A stretch of 64,000 nt of DNA from an uncultured Dehalococcoidia bacterium (GCA_964421985.1 CAYQZE010000018.1:583-64582), one strand, 5' to 3'; counted from the first letter of the stretch, positions 53,736 through 62,484 are shown. Numbers and translations: made by a program. The notes: a model not told the origin generated them from the sequence alone.

Positions 53736-56465
53736 TCAGGACACCACGCGGATACGCGAGCCGTTCCCGCACGTCTCGACGAGGATCTGGTCGGGAAAAT
53801 TGTCGCGATTGGTGAACGCGTCGAGGTGCGATACGACGATCACCTTATCCATGTGCGTCGCCAGTTGCCGCAGCTCATCCACCATCTGCTGCTGGCCGGC
53901 GGCGTCGAGGCTGCCGAAGCCCTCGTCGATGACGATCGAGCGCATGCCGCCGGCCCCCGCATACTGCCCGATGCCCGACGCGATGGCGACCGCGCAGCGG
54001 AACTTCTGTGAGCCGGACAGCACCTTCGGGCTACGTGGCTCTCGCATGCACGTGGAGTCGATCGCCAGCAGCTCCAGCAGGTCGCCCTTGGGGCGCTCGA
54101 TGGCGAGCTGCAGCGTGCCGCCGGTGAGCCGCTGCAGGAACGCGTTCGCGTTGCTGGTGATCGCGTTCAGCGCGTCCGTGATCAGCACGCCCTGCAGCCC
54201 TTTCTTGCCGAGCAGATCGGCGAGCTTCTTCAGTCGCTTGATCCGTACCTCGCCGTGCGCGCGTTCTGCCTGCTTGCGCGCCAGCTCGTCGATGCGCGCT
54301 TCGAGGAGCGTGAGCCGCTGTTGCGCGGCCTGCGCCGTGCGCCGCGCTGCATCCGCTTGGGCTTCCGCGCCGGCGGCGATGACGCGCGCGGTCGCCTCGT
54401 CGATGCGGTGGTCCGCCGGGATCGACGCGACCTCGCTCTGCTTCGCCGCGCGCTCGCCGCTGCAGGCCGCGTGGTCGCGCAGCGCCTCATCGAGGGAGGA
54501 CTTGCGTTGCGGCGCACCAGCGAGATCCTGGCGGTGCGAGCGCAGCGTGGCAAGCGTGCCAGCCGCGTCGTCCAATGCAGGCTCCGCCAGCGCGCCAAGA
54601 CCGCGGGCGACCTCCTCGGCGGCCTGATGATGCCCGACAGCTTCCTGCGTCCGATGCGCCGCCGTCGCCTCGAGTGCCGCTCGCTGGTCGCGGGCCGTCG
54701 CGAGCGCATCGCGCGCTGCCGCTTCTGCCGCGCGCGACGCATCCAGCTGACGTCGCGCGCCCGCAAGCGCGACCTGCAACGACTCGAGTTGACGCACCGT
54801 GCGCGCGTGCGCCTCCTGCGCCGGTCCGACGTCCTTGTTGCGCCCGTTGAGCTTCGCCTCATGCGCGGCGAGCACCGTCGTCGCGCGCTCGTGCTCCAGC
54901 ACGGCGGCTGCGCGCTGTCCATCAAGACGGTGCAGCTGCTGCTCGACCGTCTTCATGCCCTCGGCGATTTCGTCGTGCCGCTGCCGGGCGGCGGCTCGGG
55001 CAGCGGCCGCCCGTTTCTCCGCGGCACGTGCGCCCGTCGCCTGCTGCTGCGCGGCCGCGAGCTGCGCCGTCAGCTCGCCGATCTGTTCCTTCGCCGCCTT
55101 CTTGTCGATCGGATGCCCGCAGCGTGTACAGGTCGATTCCTTTGCGGCGGCTTTGCGGTCGGCCAGCTGTTGCCTGACGGCGCCCGCGGCTGCATCGGCC
55201 TCGGCAGCTGCCGTGCGCGCCGCGTCGAGCGTGGCATCCGCCTGTTCGGCGGCCATCCGCGCGGCGGCGGCATCACGCGCGACGGACTCCCGGCCGGCCG
55301 ACAGCTCGCGGAGCTGTGCGTTCGCTTGCGTCCGCTGCTCGGCGATGGCCGCGACGCGTGCCTGGCCCTCGAGCACCGCACCTGCGATCTGCGCGAAGTC
55401 ACGCGCGTCGCGTTCCGCCGCCGCCGTCGCATCGTGCTCGCGCTCGTCTTTACTCACCTTCTCCGTCAGCGCTCGGACCTGCGCTGCCGCCGCGACGTGC
55501 TCCGCCGTCAGCGCATCGATGTCCAGCGCAGCGGCCCGCTTGCGCGAGTCGTTCGCCGCGCCCTCGGCCTGTTGCGCGTCGGTGAGCAGCGACGCGATCC
55601 GCTGCACGGAGTCGATCGCGCCCTCCAGCGTCTCGAACAGCGCCGCATCCTTCTCGATCTGGTCGCGCTCAGCGATCAGGATCTCGGCTCCGGCAAGCCG
55701 CGCATCGAGCGCCGCGATCTCGCCGGCCAGCCGCGCATGGCGCTGCGCGTCCGCGAGGAGCGTGCGCGCCGCCTGTGCGGCGGCGGCGGCCTGCTGCTCG
55801 CGTTCCAGCGTCGCCGTCAGTTCCTCCCGCAGGCGTATGACGGCGTCGGCATCGACGCCCTCGAATCCTTTGAGGTCTTCCGTGAGCTTGTCGAGAATGA
55901 CCTTCTCCACTTTGTGCGCGTCGCGCGCGCGCTTCTCCAGCGCCTCGTACTCGTGCAGCCCGATCAGGCCGCTGACGATGTCGAATCGCGGCTTCGGGTC
56001 GGCGTCGAGGAAGCGCGTGGCGTCGCCCTGCTGCAACAGAAACGAGGACGTGAACGCCTCGGGCGTCAGTCGCACGATGTGGTCGATGGCGCGTTTCAGC
56101 GCGTCTTCCTTCTGGGTGCCGGGCACCTGCGTCCAGTCGCTCGCGCCGGCGTCCCAGATCCAGAGGCTCTGATCGCGCTCCGCCTCCTTGCGGCCGCGGC
56201 TTCTGCGCACGAGGTAGCGCTGCCCGTCCGTCTCAAACTCGAAGTCGACTGACAGCCGGTCCATGTCTTGCGAGATGAGCTGCGCCGCGTGCACCTTGCC
56301 GAGGCGATGCAGCCCGTAGAGCGCAAACGTGATGGCATCGAAGATGGACGACTTGCCGGCGCCGTTCGCACCGCAGATCGCGATCAGCGGGCCGCCGCCG
56401 AAGTCGGCGACCTGCTCGTCGCGATAGCGCATCCAGCCGCTCATGCGGACGCTCAGCGGGATCAT
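53736..56465 (-). CDS. sbcC: SbcC/Rad50-family SMC-like ATPase with a CxxC zinc hook
   Basis: 909 aa from ATG 56463-56465. Walker A GANGAGKSS. Central coiled coil with CTRCGHP hook. C-terminal signature LSGSQKFRCAVAIA and Walker B VIDEGFGSLD. Confidence 0.85.
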   Translation of the reverse strand: MIPLSVRMSGWMRYRDEQVADFGGGPLIAICGANGAGKSSIFDAITFALYGLHRLGKVHAAQLISQDMDRLSVDFEFETDGQRYLVRRSRGRKEAERDQSLWIWDAGASDWTQVPGTQKEDALKRAIDHIVRLTPEAFTSSFLLQQGDATRFLDADPKPRFDIVSGLIGLHEYEALEKRARDAHKVEKVILDKLTEDLKGFEGVDADAVIRLREELTATLEREQQAAAAAQAARTLLADAQRHARLAGEIAALDARLAGAEILIAERDQIEKDAALFETLEGAIDSVQRIASLLTDAQQAEGAANDSRKRAAALDIDALTAEHVAAAAQVRALTEKVSKDEREHDATAAAERDARDFAQIAGAVLEGQARVAAIAEQRTQANAQLRELSAGRESVARDAAAARMAAEQADATLDAARTAAAEADAAAGAVRQQLADRKAAAKESTCTRCGHPIDKKAAKEQIGELTAQLAAAQQQATGARAAEKRAAAARAAARQRHDEIAEGMKTVEQQLHRLDGQRAAAVLEHERATTVLAAHEAKLNGRNKDVGPAQEAHARTVRQLESLQVALAGARRQLDASRAAEAAARDALATARDQRAALEATAAHRTQEAVGHHQAAEEVARGLGALAEPALDDAAGTLATLRSHRQDLAGAPQRKSSLDEALRDHAACSGERAAKQSEVASIPADHRIDEATARVIAAGAEAQADAARRTAQAAQQRLTLLEARIDELARKQAERAHGEVRIKRLKKLADLLGKKGLQGVLITDALNAITSNANAFLQRLTGGTLQLAIERPKGDLLELLAIDSTCMREPRSPKVLSGSQKFRCAVAIASGIGQYAGAGGMRSIVIDEGFGSLDAAGQQQMVDELRQLATHMDKVIVVSHLDAFTNRDNFPDQILVETCGNGSRIRVVS

Positions 56466-57646
56466 CCGTCGGCTCCTGCCGGCAGAGCGCGCAGTTCTGT
56501 CACCAACTCCAGCAGCGCGGCGCGCTCGTCTTCGGGCATCTGCTGCTCGCCGAGGTAGCGGCGTACCGTTTCCTCGACGTCCGCCGGATTCAAGCCGGCG
56601 ACCGTCGGGACGAGCGGCGCCGCGTCCGTCCACGCGCAGTCGACGTTGCCGTACAGCCGCGGGAAGAGTTGGCGCGCCCGGTCCAGCAGCGGCGCCAGAT
56701 ACGTCCCCTGAGGCACCTGCAGCGTCAGCTTCACGAGCGTCACGTCCGGCCGTGCGATTGTCGCCGCACCGGCCACCAGAGTCGTTTCGTCCGACGCGGT
56801 GATGGCAGCGATCGGAGTCGGGTCGAGCGGCAGCGACGTGACCTCGCGCACGCCGGCCGGGCCGATGTCGGCGAGCAGGACGCGCGGCTGGTAGTCACGC
56901 TCGCCCACATCCATCCGGTCGAGCGCGCCGACGTAGTAGAAGTGCCCGCCACCGAGTTGCTCGGCCTTGTGGATGTGACCGACGACGGTCAGCTCGAACT
57001 CCGGGAAGGCGCCACGCGGCACGACCACATCGTCGCGCGGCGTGATGCGATGCGCCTTCACCGTGGTGCCGGTGACGGTGACATGCGTGAGCAGTACCGT
57101 CGGCAGCCGCTGTTCGGCCGACGCTTTCCGCAGCTCCTCCATCTTCTCGACGAAGAGCTTGGTGAGCTGTTCGTTGCGCTGCGCGACACCGCCCGCATCA
57201 TCGTGCTGGAGTTCGTAGCGCGCGAGCGTGGGGAACGGCAGCATCGCGAAGTTCAGGCGCTCGCCGCGCGCTTCGACGGTGAGCAACTCGGGACGCGTGC
57301 GCAAGGCGATGCGTTCCCCATCGGCGGGCGCGTGCGCACCCAGCCAGGTGCTGGCCATGTCCATGAAGTAGTCGCGATCATGGTTCCCCGCGACAGCGAC
57401 GATGCGCAGCCCGCGCGTCAATGGCCCGGCCAGCGCCTCCATCATCGCCCCGACGGCAGCCCGGGCCGCGCCCCGCTCCTGCGCCTCGAACACGTCGCCC
57501 GCGATCGCCAGCACGTCGACCGCGTGCTCGTCGATGTACGCCGCGATCATCCGGAGCTGCCGCGCCTGATCTGCCAACCGAGGCGCCGGATTCGCGCCGG
57601 CCAGCGAGTATCCCAGGTGCCAGTCGGCGGAGAACAGCACCTTCAT
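56462..57646 (-). CDS. sbcD: SbcD/Mre11-family nuclease
   Basis: MKVLFSADWHLG...AGDVFE...GNHD...calcineurin-like phosphoesterase motifs. Start overlaps the sbcC ATG (ATGA). Stop of the upstream RAYT gene overlaps its ATG. Confidence 0.85.
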   Translation of the reverse strand: MKVLFSADWHLGYSLAGANPAPRLADQARQLRMIAAYIDEHAVDVLAIAGDVFEAQERGAARAAVGAMMEALAGPLTRGLRIVAVAGNHDRDYFMDMASTWLGAHAPADGERIALRTRPELLTVEARGERLNFAMLPFPTLARYELQHDDAGGVAQRNEQLTKLFVEKMEELRKASAEQRLPTVLLTHVTVTGTTVKAHRITPRDDVVVPRGAFPEFELTVVGHIHKAEQLGGGHFYYVGALDRMDVGERDYQPRVLLADIGPAGVREVTSLPLDPTPIAAITASDETTLVAGAATIARPDVTLVKLTLQVPQGTYLAPLLDRARQLFPRLYGNVDCAWTDAAPLVPTVAGLNPADVEETVRRYLGEQQMPEDERAALLELVTELRALPAGADG

Positions 57647-58242
57647 CTGGCGACCTCTGCGCGACCAACGACCGGCGGCGCGGCCTTGCTTAGCCAATAG
57701 TCGAATTCGCGTTCTACGGCGTCGGGTCTCCCGGCCGGATTCTCGCGGTCGAAGGACCACCGCGTGGGGTTGTCGACGATGTACTGGCGGATGCGTCGAA
57801 GCGCGCCTTCGTCCCGAATGATGTGCTCGTGGTAGTTGCGTTGCCACACGATGAACTCACTGCCGGCCAAACGCCGGAGATCCCGAGTCACACGCGCCTT
57901 AAATGAGCGAACGATCGCGCCCAGCGCGCCCGCTTCGACACGAGGCCGCGCATGCTGTAGGGGCGCAGCCTGCTGCGCCCGGTCGGCGGTTGCATCGCGA
58001 TCCCCAAGAAACAAGATGCCATGCACGTGGTTCGGCATGACGACGAACTCGTCGATCTCGATGTACGGATGATGGTTTGGAATGTCCGTCCAAGCGACTT
58101 CTATGATCTGACGCATTCGCAGGTCCGCGAACAATGCTTGGCGACCGCTGGTACAGATCGTGATGAAATAGCCGCCGGGCGTACGGTAGTCGTAGTCCCG
58201 GAGGCGCACGGATCGCCGGTTTGGCGGCACCGAGCCGGTCAT
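57643..58242 (-). mobile_element. REP-associated tyrosine transposase (RAYT; IS200/IS605-like Y1 HuH transposase family, TnpA_REP)
   Basis: 199 aa. RRSVRLRDYDYRTPGGYFITICT resembles the RAYT N-terminus. HuH motif PNHVHGILFL. Catalytic Tyr region RNYHEHIIRDE. A REP copy lies inside the CDS (57957-57980) and another 17 nt upstream (58259-58282). Confidence 0.8.
57957..57980 (+). repeat. REP element type 1 inside the RAYT coding sequence
   Basis: GTAGGGGCGCAGCCTGCTGCGCCC. Encodes ...QQAAPLQ... within a linker of the RAYT protein. Confidence 0.65.
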
Positions 58243-58258
58243 CGCGATCGCCCGTTCC

Positions 58259-58282
58259 GGGCGCAGCCCGCTGCGCCCCTAC
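58259..58282 (-). repeat. REP element type 1 (inverted orientation) just upstream of the RAYT start
   Basis: Reverse complement reads GTAGGGGCGCAGCGGGCTGCGCCC. Confidence 0.65.
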
Positions 58283-58316
58283 AGTGCCTCCGCGATCGTT
58301 CAGGAAGCTGCCCCAT

Positions 58317-60266
58317 CTACATCTCCAGAGACTGCGCCTTGCGCTTGCCGTCCGGCGACGGCGTCACCTTCCCGGCGTCGATGCCGGGCGCGCGCTCGGC
58401 GCCGGCGAGGCAGTCCGGCGGCGTGTCGGTTGCCTCTTCTGGGCGCATCGCCCAGGGCGGGCGCGGCACCTTCACGTGCAGTGCCTCGCGAAAGTTCGGT
58501 GCGACGATGACTTTCTCCTCCGGGCTCAGCCGCAGCGCGAGCTTGCGGTCGCCCTCGGAGAAGCCGCGCCAGATCGCATCCGCCAGCTCCTGCCCGCCGG
58601 AGCGGCCCAGCACGCGCGTCTGGCTGTTCTCGATCACGACGTCCGACACGCGCGACCCCTGCTGCTGCGCGCCGAAGAGGATGATGCCGCGTGAGCGCAT
58701 CTGGCTGGCGACGTACTCGAACAGCCTGGTGATCGCGTCCGATGCGCCGCGCGGCGCGTAGCGGTTGAGTTCGTCGATGACGACGAGAAAGGTCTCGTAA
58801 CGCGCTGCGTGCGGGCCGCTCCGCCACTGCACGAGCTGGTTGAGCGCCGCCGCGATGACGAAGCGCTGCAGGTGCGCGTCGTGGATCGACTGGATGTCGA
58901 TGACGCTGACATCCTCCTGCATCGTCACCAGCGAGAGCGGCGCGCCCTCGATGTCGTCGCGGCGCAGCAGCCCCGACGTCGGTCCGAGCACGCGCGCGAG
59001 CCTGCGCCACAGCGCCTGGATGGTGGAGTTGCTCATGCTGCGCAGGCTGTCGTCGTCGACATCCTTCGACTCAGGTTGCGCCTTCATTTCGATGTAGTTC
59101 AGCAGGTCCTGGAATGTCAGCACCGGGTTGCCGCCGGCGAGGTCGTTCTTGCTGTTGAACGCCCGCTCCAGCGAGTCGGTCAGCTGGCGGCGGGCGGCGA
59201 CGCGCGCGTCGGGTGCGCCGCCCAGCCGCTCCTCCAGGCTCTGCGCCTTCGTGCGGCCGACGGACAGCCGGTGGCTGAGCCAGTTGATCAGCGTGACGAT
59301 GTTATCGTTCGCGCGCGTCTCCTCCGAGAACAGCAGATCGAAGAGGCCGAAATCGATGATGTCCTTCAGTGACCACGAGTACGGCTTCACATCGCCCGGG
59401 CGCTCCGTCGTGATCGGCAGTGGCGCGCCGCTTCGTTGCGATGTCTCGGGCGCGTAGTAGGCGATGCTGCGGAAGATGTCGGGCGACGCCACGCCCATCT
59501 CGCGCCACGTCCGCAGGTCAGCCTCCGTGAACTTGTTGGACCAGCGGTCGAGCCAGAAGAGGTCGAACCCCTTGACGTTGAAGATGATCGCCTTGATCCG
59601 CGGACGCTGGCCGCTTCCCACCATGCCGGCGCCGCGCGTCTTCACGGCGTTGATCGTCTGCGACGCGGCGAGCGTGAGGAACGACGACTTCGTGCCGGAA
59701 CCGGCCGCGCCGTTGACGTTCAGGTGCCCCGACTGCGCGCCCAGCAGGAAATCCTGATCGAGGAATGCTCGGCCCGCGGTGGAGTCCCCGCCGTTGCGGA
59801 TCAGACCGACGCAGACGCCGCGCTCGTCGGCGTACTGGTCGATCTCGTACGCGCGCTCGGCGTCGCGCTCCCCGCACGAAAACACGGTGCTGCCTTCGAT
59901 GGGCGGCGCCAGTTTCGGTGGGAAGGCGTTGACCACGCGCGCCTTTGCGTACGTCACGCCGTCGCGGTCCAGCATCAGGTCATCGGCGATCGGATCGCCG
60001 TCGTGCGCCGCCAGCTCCATGTGCATGGAGCTGATGGTCGAGCGGCGGTAGACCTGCTCGACGACGCCGAACAGCTCGACCTCCGCGCCGCCCATGACCG
60101 TCGGCACGCGCACGATCTGCGTCTGCTCGACGAGCTGCCCGGGCGCCAGCCAGAAGTAGAACTCATCGCCGTTCGCCTCCTGCCCCAGCGGGCAGCCGAT
60201 ACGCCCGACCGCCTGGGGTTCGGGTGCGTCTGGCGTGTGGCCGTTGGCGGAGGAATCCATCGTCAT
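58317..60266 (-). CDS. HerA-like FtsK/HerA-superfamily ATPase (bipolar DNA helicase homologue)
   Basis: 649 aa. P-loop NGAAGSGTKSS. Walker B LVVIDELNRYAP. C-terminal GAQQQGSRVSDVV sensor-like region typical of HerA/FtsK/VirB4 ATPases. N-terminal ~140 aa is consistent with a HAS-barrel. Gene order nurA...herA. Confidence 0.65.
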   Translation of the reverse strand: MTMDSSANGHTPDAPEPQAVGRIGCPLGQEANGDEFYFWLAPGQLVEQTQIVRVPTVMGGAEVELFGVVEQVYRRSTISSMHMELAAHDGDPIADDLMLDRDGVTYAKARVVNAFPPKLAPPIEGSTVFSCGERDAERAYEIDQYADERGVCVGLIRNGGDSTAGRAFLDQDFLLGAQSGHLNVNGAAGSGTKSSFLTLAASQTINAVKTRGAGMVGSGQRPRIKAIIFNVKGFDLFWLDRWSNKFTEADLRTWREMGVASPDIFRSIAYYAPETSQRSGAPLPITTERPGDVKPYSWSLKDIIDFGLFDLLFSEETRANDNIVTLINWLSHRLSVGRTKAQSLEERLGGAPDARVAARRQLTDSLERAFNSKNDLAGGNPVLTFQDLLNYIEMKAQPESKDVDDDSLRSMSNSTIQALWRRLARVLGPTSGLLRRDDIEGAPLSLVTMQEDVSVIDIQSIHDAHLQRFVIAAALNQLVQWRSGPHAARYETFLVVIDELNRYAPRGASDAITRLFEYVASQMRSRGIILFGAQQQGSRVSDVVIENSQTRVLGRSGGQELADAIWRGFSEGDRKLALRLSPEEKVIVAPNFREALHVKVPRPPWAMRPEEATDTPPDCLAGAERAPGIDAGKVTPSPDGKRKAQSLEM

Positions 60267-60688
60267 CGGCGCTCCAGTACCTCACCCCCCGACCCCCTCT
60301 CCACGACGTGGAGAGGGGGGGCAGGAGCACCGAGCGTGCGCAGTATGTCACCGAGAACTTGCTTGATGTTCTCGAGGACGGTGTGGTTGGTTACGCGAAG
60401 AAATCGGATGCCGCGTTGCTTCAGGTATTCCTGACGCGCGAAGTCTTCGTGCACCCGTCGATCGTGCACGGGCCCGTCGACTTCGATGACAACGCCTAGT
60501 TCGACACAATAGAAGTCCACAATGAACCGGCCGATCGGATGCTGGCGACGGAACTTCCATCCGCCCAGCCGTTTGCCTCGCAAACGCTCCCACAACAGCG
60601 CCTCCGCCTGCGTCGGCTCATGCCGCATCGAGCGGGCGAGCTCGCGCTGAGCGGTCCAACTCCGGCCATGCGTTGTGTAGCGTGTCAC
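60263..60688 (-). CDS. DUF559 (Vsr/restriction-endonuclease-like fold) domain protein
   Basis: 141 aa. EALLWERLRGKRLGGWKFRRQHPIGRFIVDFYCVELGVVIEVDGPVH is the canonical DUF559 core. GTG start with AGGAG ribosome-binding site. Stop overlaps the herA ATG. Confidence 0.7.
   Translation of the reverse strand: MTRYTTHGRSWTAQRELARSMRHEPTQAEALLWERLRGKRLGGWKFRRQHPIGRFIVDFYCVELGVVIEVDGPVHDRRVHEDFARQEYLKQRGIRFLRVTNHTVLENIKQVLGDILRTLGAPAPPLHVVERGSGGEVLERR
60293..60319. repeat. 27-bp perfect palindrome CCCCCTCTCCACG-A-CGTGGAGAGGGGG (inside the 3' end of the DUF559 ORF, upstream of herA)
   Basis: Read directly from the sequence. Partner copy at 60710-60734. Confidence 0.85.
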
Positions 60689-60709
60689 AAGAACTCTCCT
60701 CGTGCGGCT

Positions 60710-60734
60710 CCCCTCTCCACGTCGTGGAGAGGGG
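60710..60734. repeat. 25-bp perfect palindrome CCCCTCTCCACG-T-CGTGGAGAGGGG (between the nurA stop and the DUF559 start)
   Basis: Read directly from the sequence. Together with 60293-60319 it brackets a ~440-bp DUF559 unit. Confidence 0.85.
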
Positions 60735-60788
60735 CTGGGGGTGAGGTGCCCCGGCCTGCACCGACGTGTCGCCTTCCCAACAATCCGC

Positions 60789-61880
60789 TCATCTGAACAT
60801 CCGGTGCAGCCGCGGGATCAGCGCGTCCAGGTCGGGCAGGATGGCGTGCAGGTGATCTTCGACCCGCACGATCGGCTCCACGCTGATGCCGGCGCGCGCA
60901 TACGCCAGGTCGCGGTGGCGCAGGCGATACAGGTACGCCGCGAGCCCCGACAGGTAATCCGGCATGTCGTGCGCGTGCGCGCTCTCGACGTACGCCAACG
61001 GCGCCGTCAGGCGGACGATGCCGTACGACGGCGAGGTGCCGGCTTCGCCTGACAGCCGCACGTAGGTGTTCACCAGGTCGACATGCTGCACGGTCCGCAG
61101 GACGAATGCCGGCGTGCGCTCGCCCGGCTTCAGCGCGTAGGTCAGCTCCTGCAGGCCCGCAGGGAGGTACGCCGTCATCTGGCGCTTCACCAGGCCGACG
61201 ATCGGCACGTTGTGCGTCGGCGCGGTCGCGAGGCGGCGTTCGAGCAGGCCGTCCATCAGCGTCGACTTCGCGAAGTCGGCGAGCATGACAGCGCGTTCGG
61301 CTTCCTCCATCGCTTCCATCGCCAGGCTGCGCGTGCCGCGGCGCATCGTATCGAAATCGCCGTGCACCGAGCCCAGCGGGCGTTCCAGCAGGTCGACGTC
61401 GATCGCCCGCAGTGCGTGGAACGCCTCGGCGATCGCGTCGCGCTCGATGCCATCGGAGTACACGCACAGCACCTTGCGCGTGAGCGCCCCGGCGCCGCGC
61501 TTCGTCGCACGCCCGTCGATCTCAAGCGAGGCGGCCGACACGGCGGCGGCGATGATCGGCCTGCGCCGGAAGTCGACGAGCAGCGATCCGACGGTCTTCG
61601 ACTTGATCGAGCCGTCCACGAAGCGCACGGGCGCGTCGTCCGGCGGCGTGCCCGGCGCGATCGGCGCCCAGGCGTGCTGCGGAAGCTCGTATTCGAGTTC
61701 GAGTCCGTCACGCGGCGTGTCGTCCTCGTCGTCCGCCTCGTGTCCGGGAAACGGCGGTACTGACGCATCGTTGAGCGCGCTTGGCGCATACGCCGAGAAG
61801 ATCGTGCGCGGGGGGGCCGATGCGGGCACGAAAGCTCCGGATGCGTTATGTCGCACGTTTGTTCTAGGTGCTTGCTGCAA
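60789..61880 (-). CDS. NurA-like nuclease (RNase-H-fold 5'-3' nuclease partner of HerA)
   Basis: 363 aa. After a low-complexity N-terminal extension, VRFVDGSIKS matches NurA motif I (catalytic Asp in xxDGS). Size and acidic-residue spacing are consistent with a NurA domain. Assignment rests mainly on this motif and on synteny with the HerA-like ATPase. Confidence 0.55.
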   Translation of the reverse strand: MQQAPRTNVRHNASGAFVPASAPPRTIFSAYAPSALNDASVPPFPGHEADDEDDTPRDGLELEYELPQHAWAPIAPGTPPDDAPVRFVDGSIKSKTVGSLLVDFRRRPIIAAAVSAASLEIDGRATKRGAGALTRKVLCVYSDGIERDAIAEAFHALRAIDVDLLERPLGSVHGDFDTMRRGTRSLAMEAMEEAERAVMLADFAKSTLMDGLLERRLATAPTHNVPIVGLVKRQMTAYLPAGLQELTYALKPGERTPAFVLRTVQHVDLVNTYVRLSGEAGTSPSYGIVRLTAPLAYVESAHAHDMPDYLSGLAAYLYRLRHRDLAYARAGISVEPIVRVEDHLHAILPDLDALIPRLHRMFR

Positions 61881-61962
61881 GGATACGACCGCAGCCTTGG
61901 CGATGTAAAGCCATCCGGCCTAGACTCGGGAGCGAACGATGTTTTGCAGATAACGGTGCGCT

Positions 61963-62484
61963 GTGATCACTGAAGTCGAAGTGCGAGAGGCCGGGACCAA
62001 GGGCAACGGCGTCTTCGCGCGAAGGAGCTTTGAGCACGGCGAGTTCATCTTCCGGCGGCGGCACGGGTGTGTCGTCGACGCCCGGGGATTGGAACAGCTC
62101 TCCGCGCAGGATCAGATGCACATCTGCGAGCTCGACTGGGATCGCTTCGCCGTGCTGGTGCCGCCCGGCTGCTACCTCAACCATTCGTGCGATCCGAACG
62201 CGATGCGCAGCGGCGTCAAGGTCTTCGCATGGAAGCGGATCCGCGCCGGAGACGAGATCACGATCGACTATCGGTTGAATGCGTTCGACGGAAGTACCTG
62301 GCCGTGCGACTGCGGCAGCGCCAACTGCTCCGGTGAGGTCGTCGGAAGTTACTTCGCGCTTCCCGCCGAGCGTCAGAGGACGTATCTCCGCTACGCGCCG
62401 CGATTCATCCAGCGCGAGTACCGGCGGCGACAGCATCGGAACGCGGAGACGGTTGCGGTTCAGAAGATGGCGAGGAGTTCGTAG
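61963..62484 (+). CDS. SET-domain protein (putative protein-lysine methyltransferase)
   Basis: 173 aa. GNGVFARRSFEHGEFI, core NHSCDPN, post-SET-like CDCGSANCSG. Confidence 0.75.
   Translation: MITEVEVREAGTKGNGVFARRSFEHGEFIFRRRHGCVVDARGLEQLSAQDQMHICELDWDRFAVLVPPGCYLNHSCDPNAMRSGVKVFAWKRIRAGDEITIDYRLNAFDGSTWPCDCGSANCSGEVVGSYFALPAERQRTYLRYAPRFIQREYRRRQHRNAETVAVQKMARSS

Noticed and set aside
54255-56252. 665-aa plus-strand ORF antisense to sbcC
   Set aside because: Arg/Leu/Ala-rich low-complexity translation opposite a confidently identified SbcC (Walker A, zinc hook, signature motif). Judged an antisense artefact of high GC.
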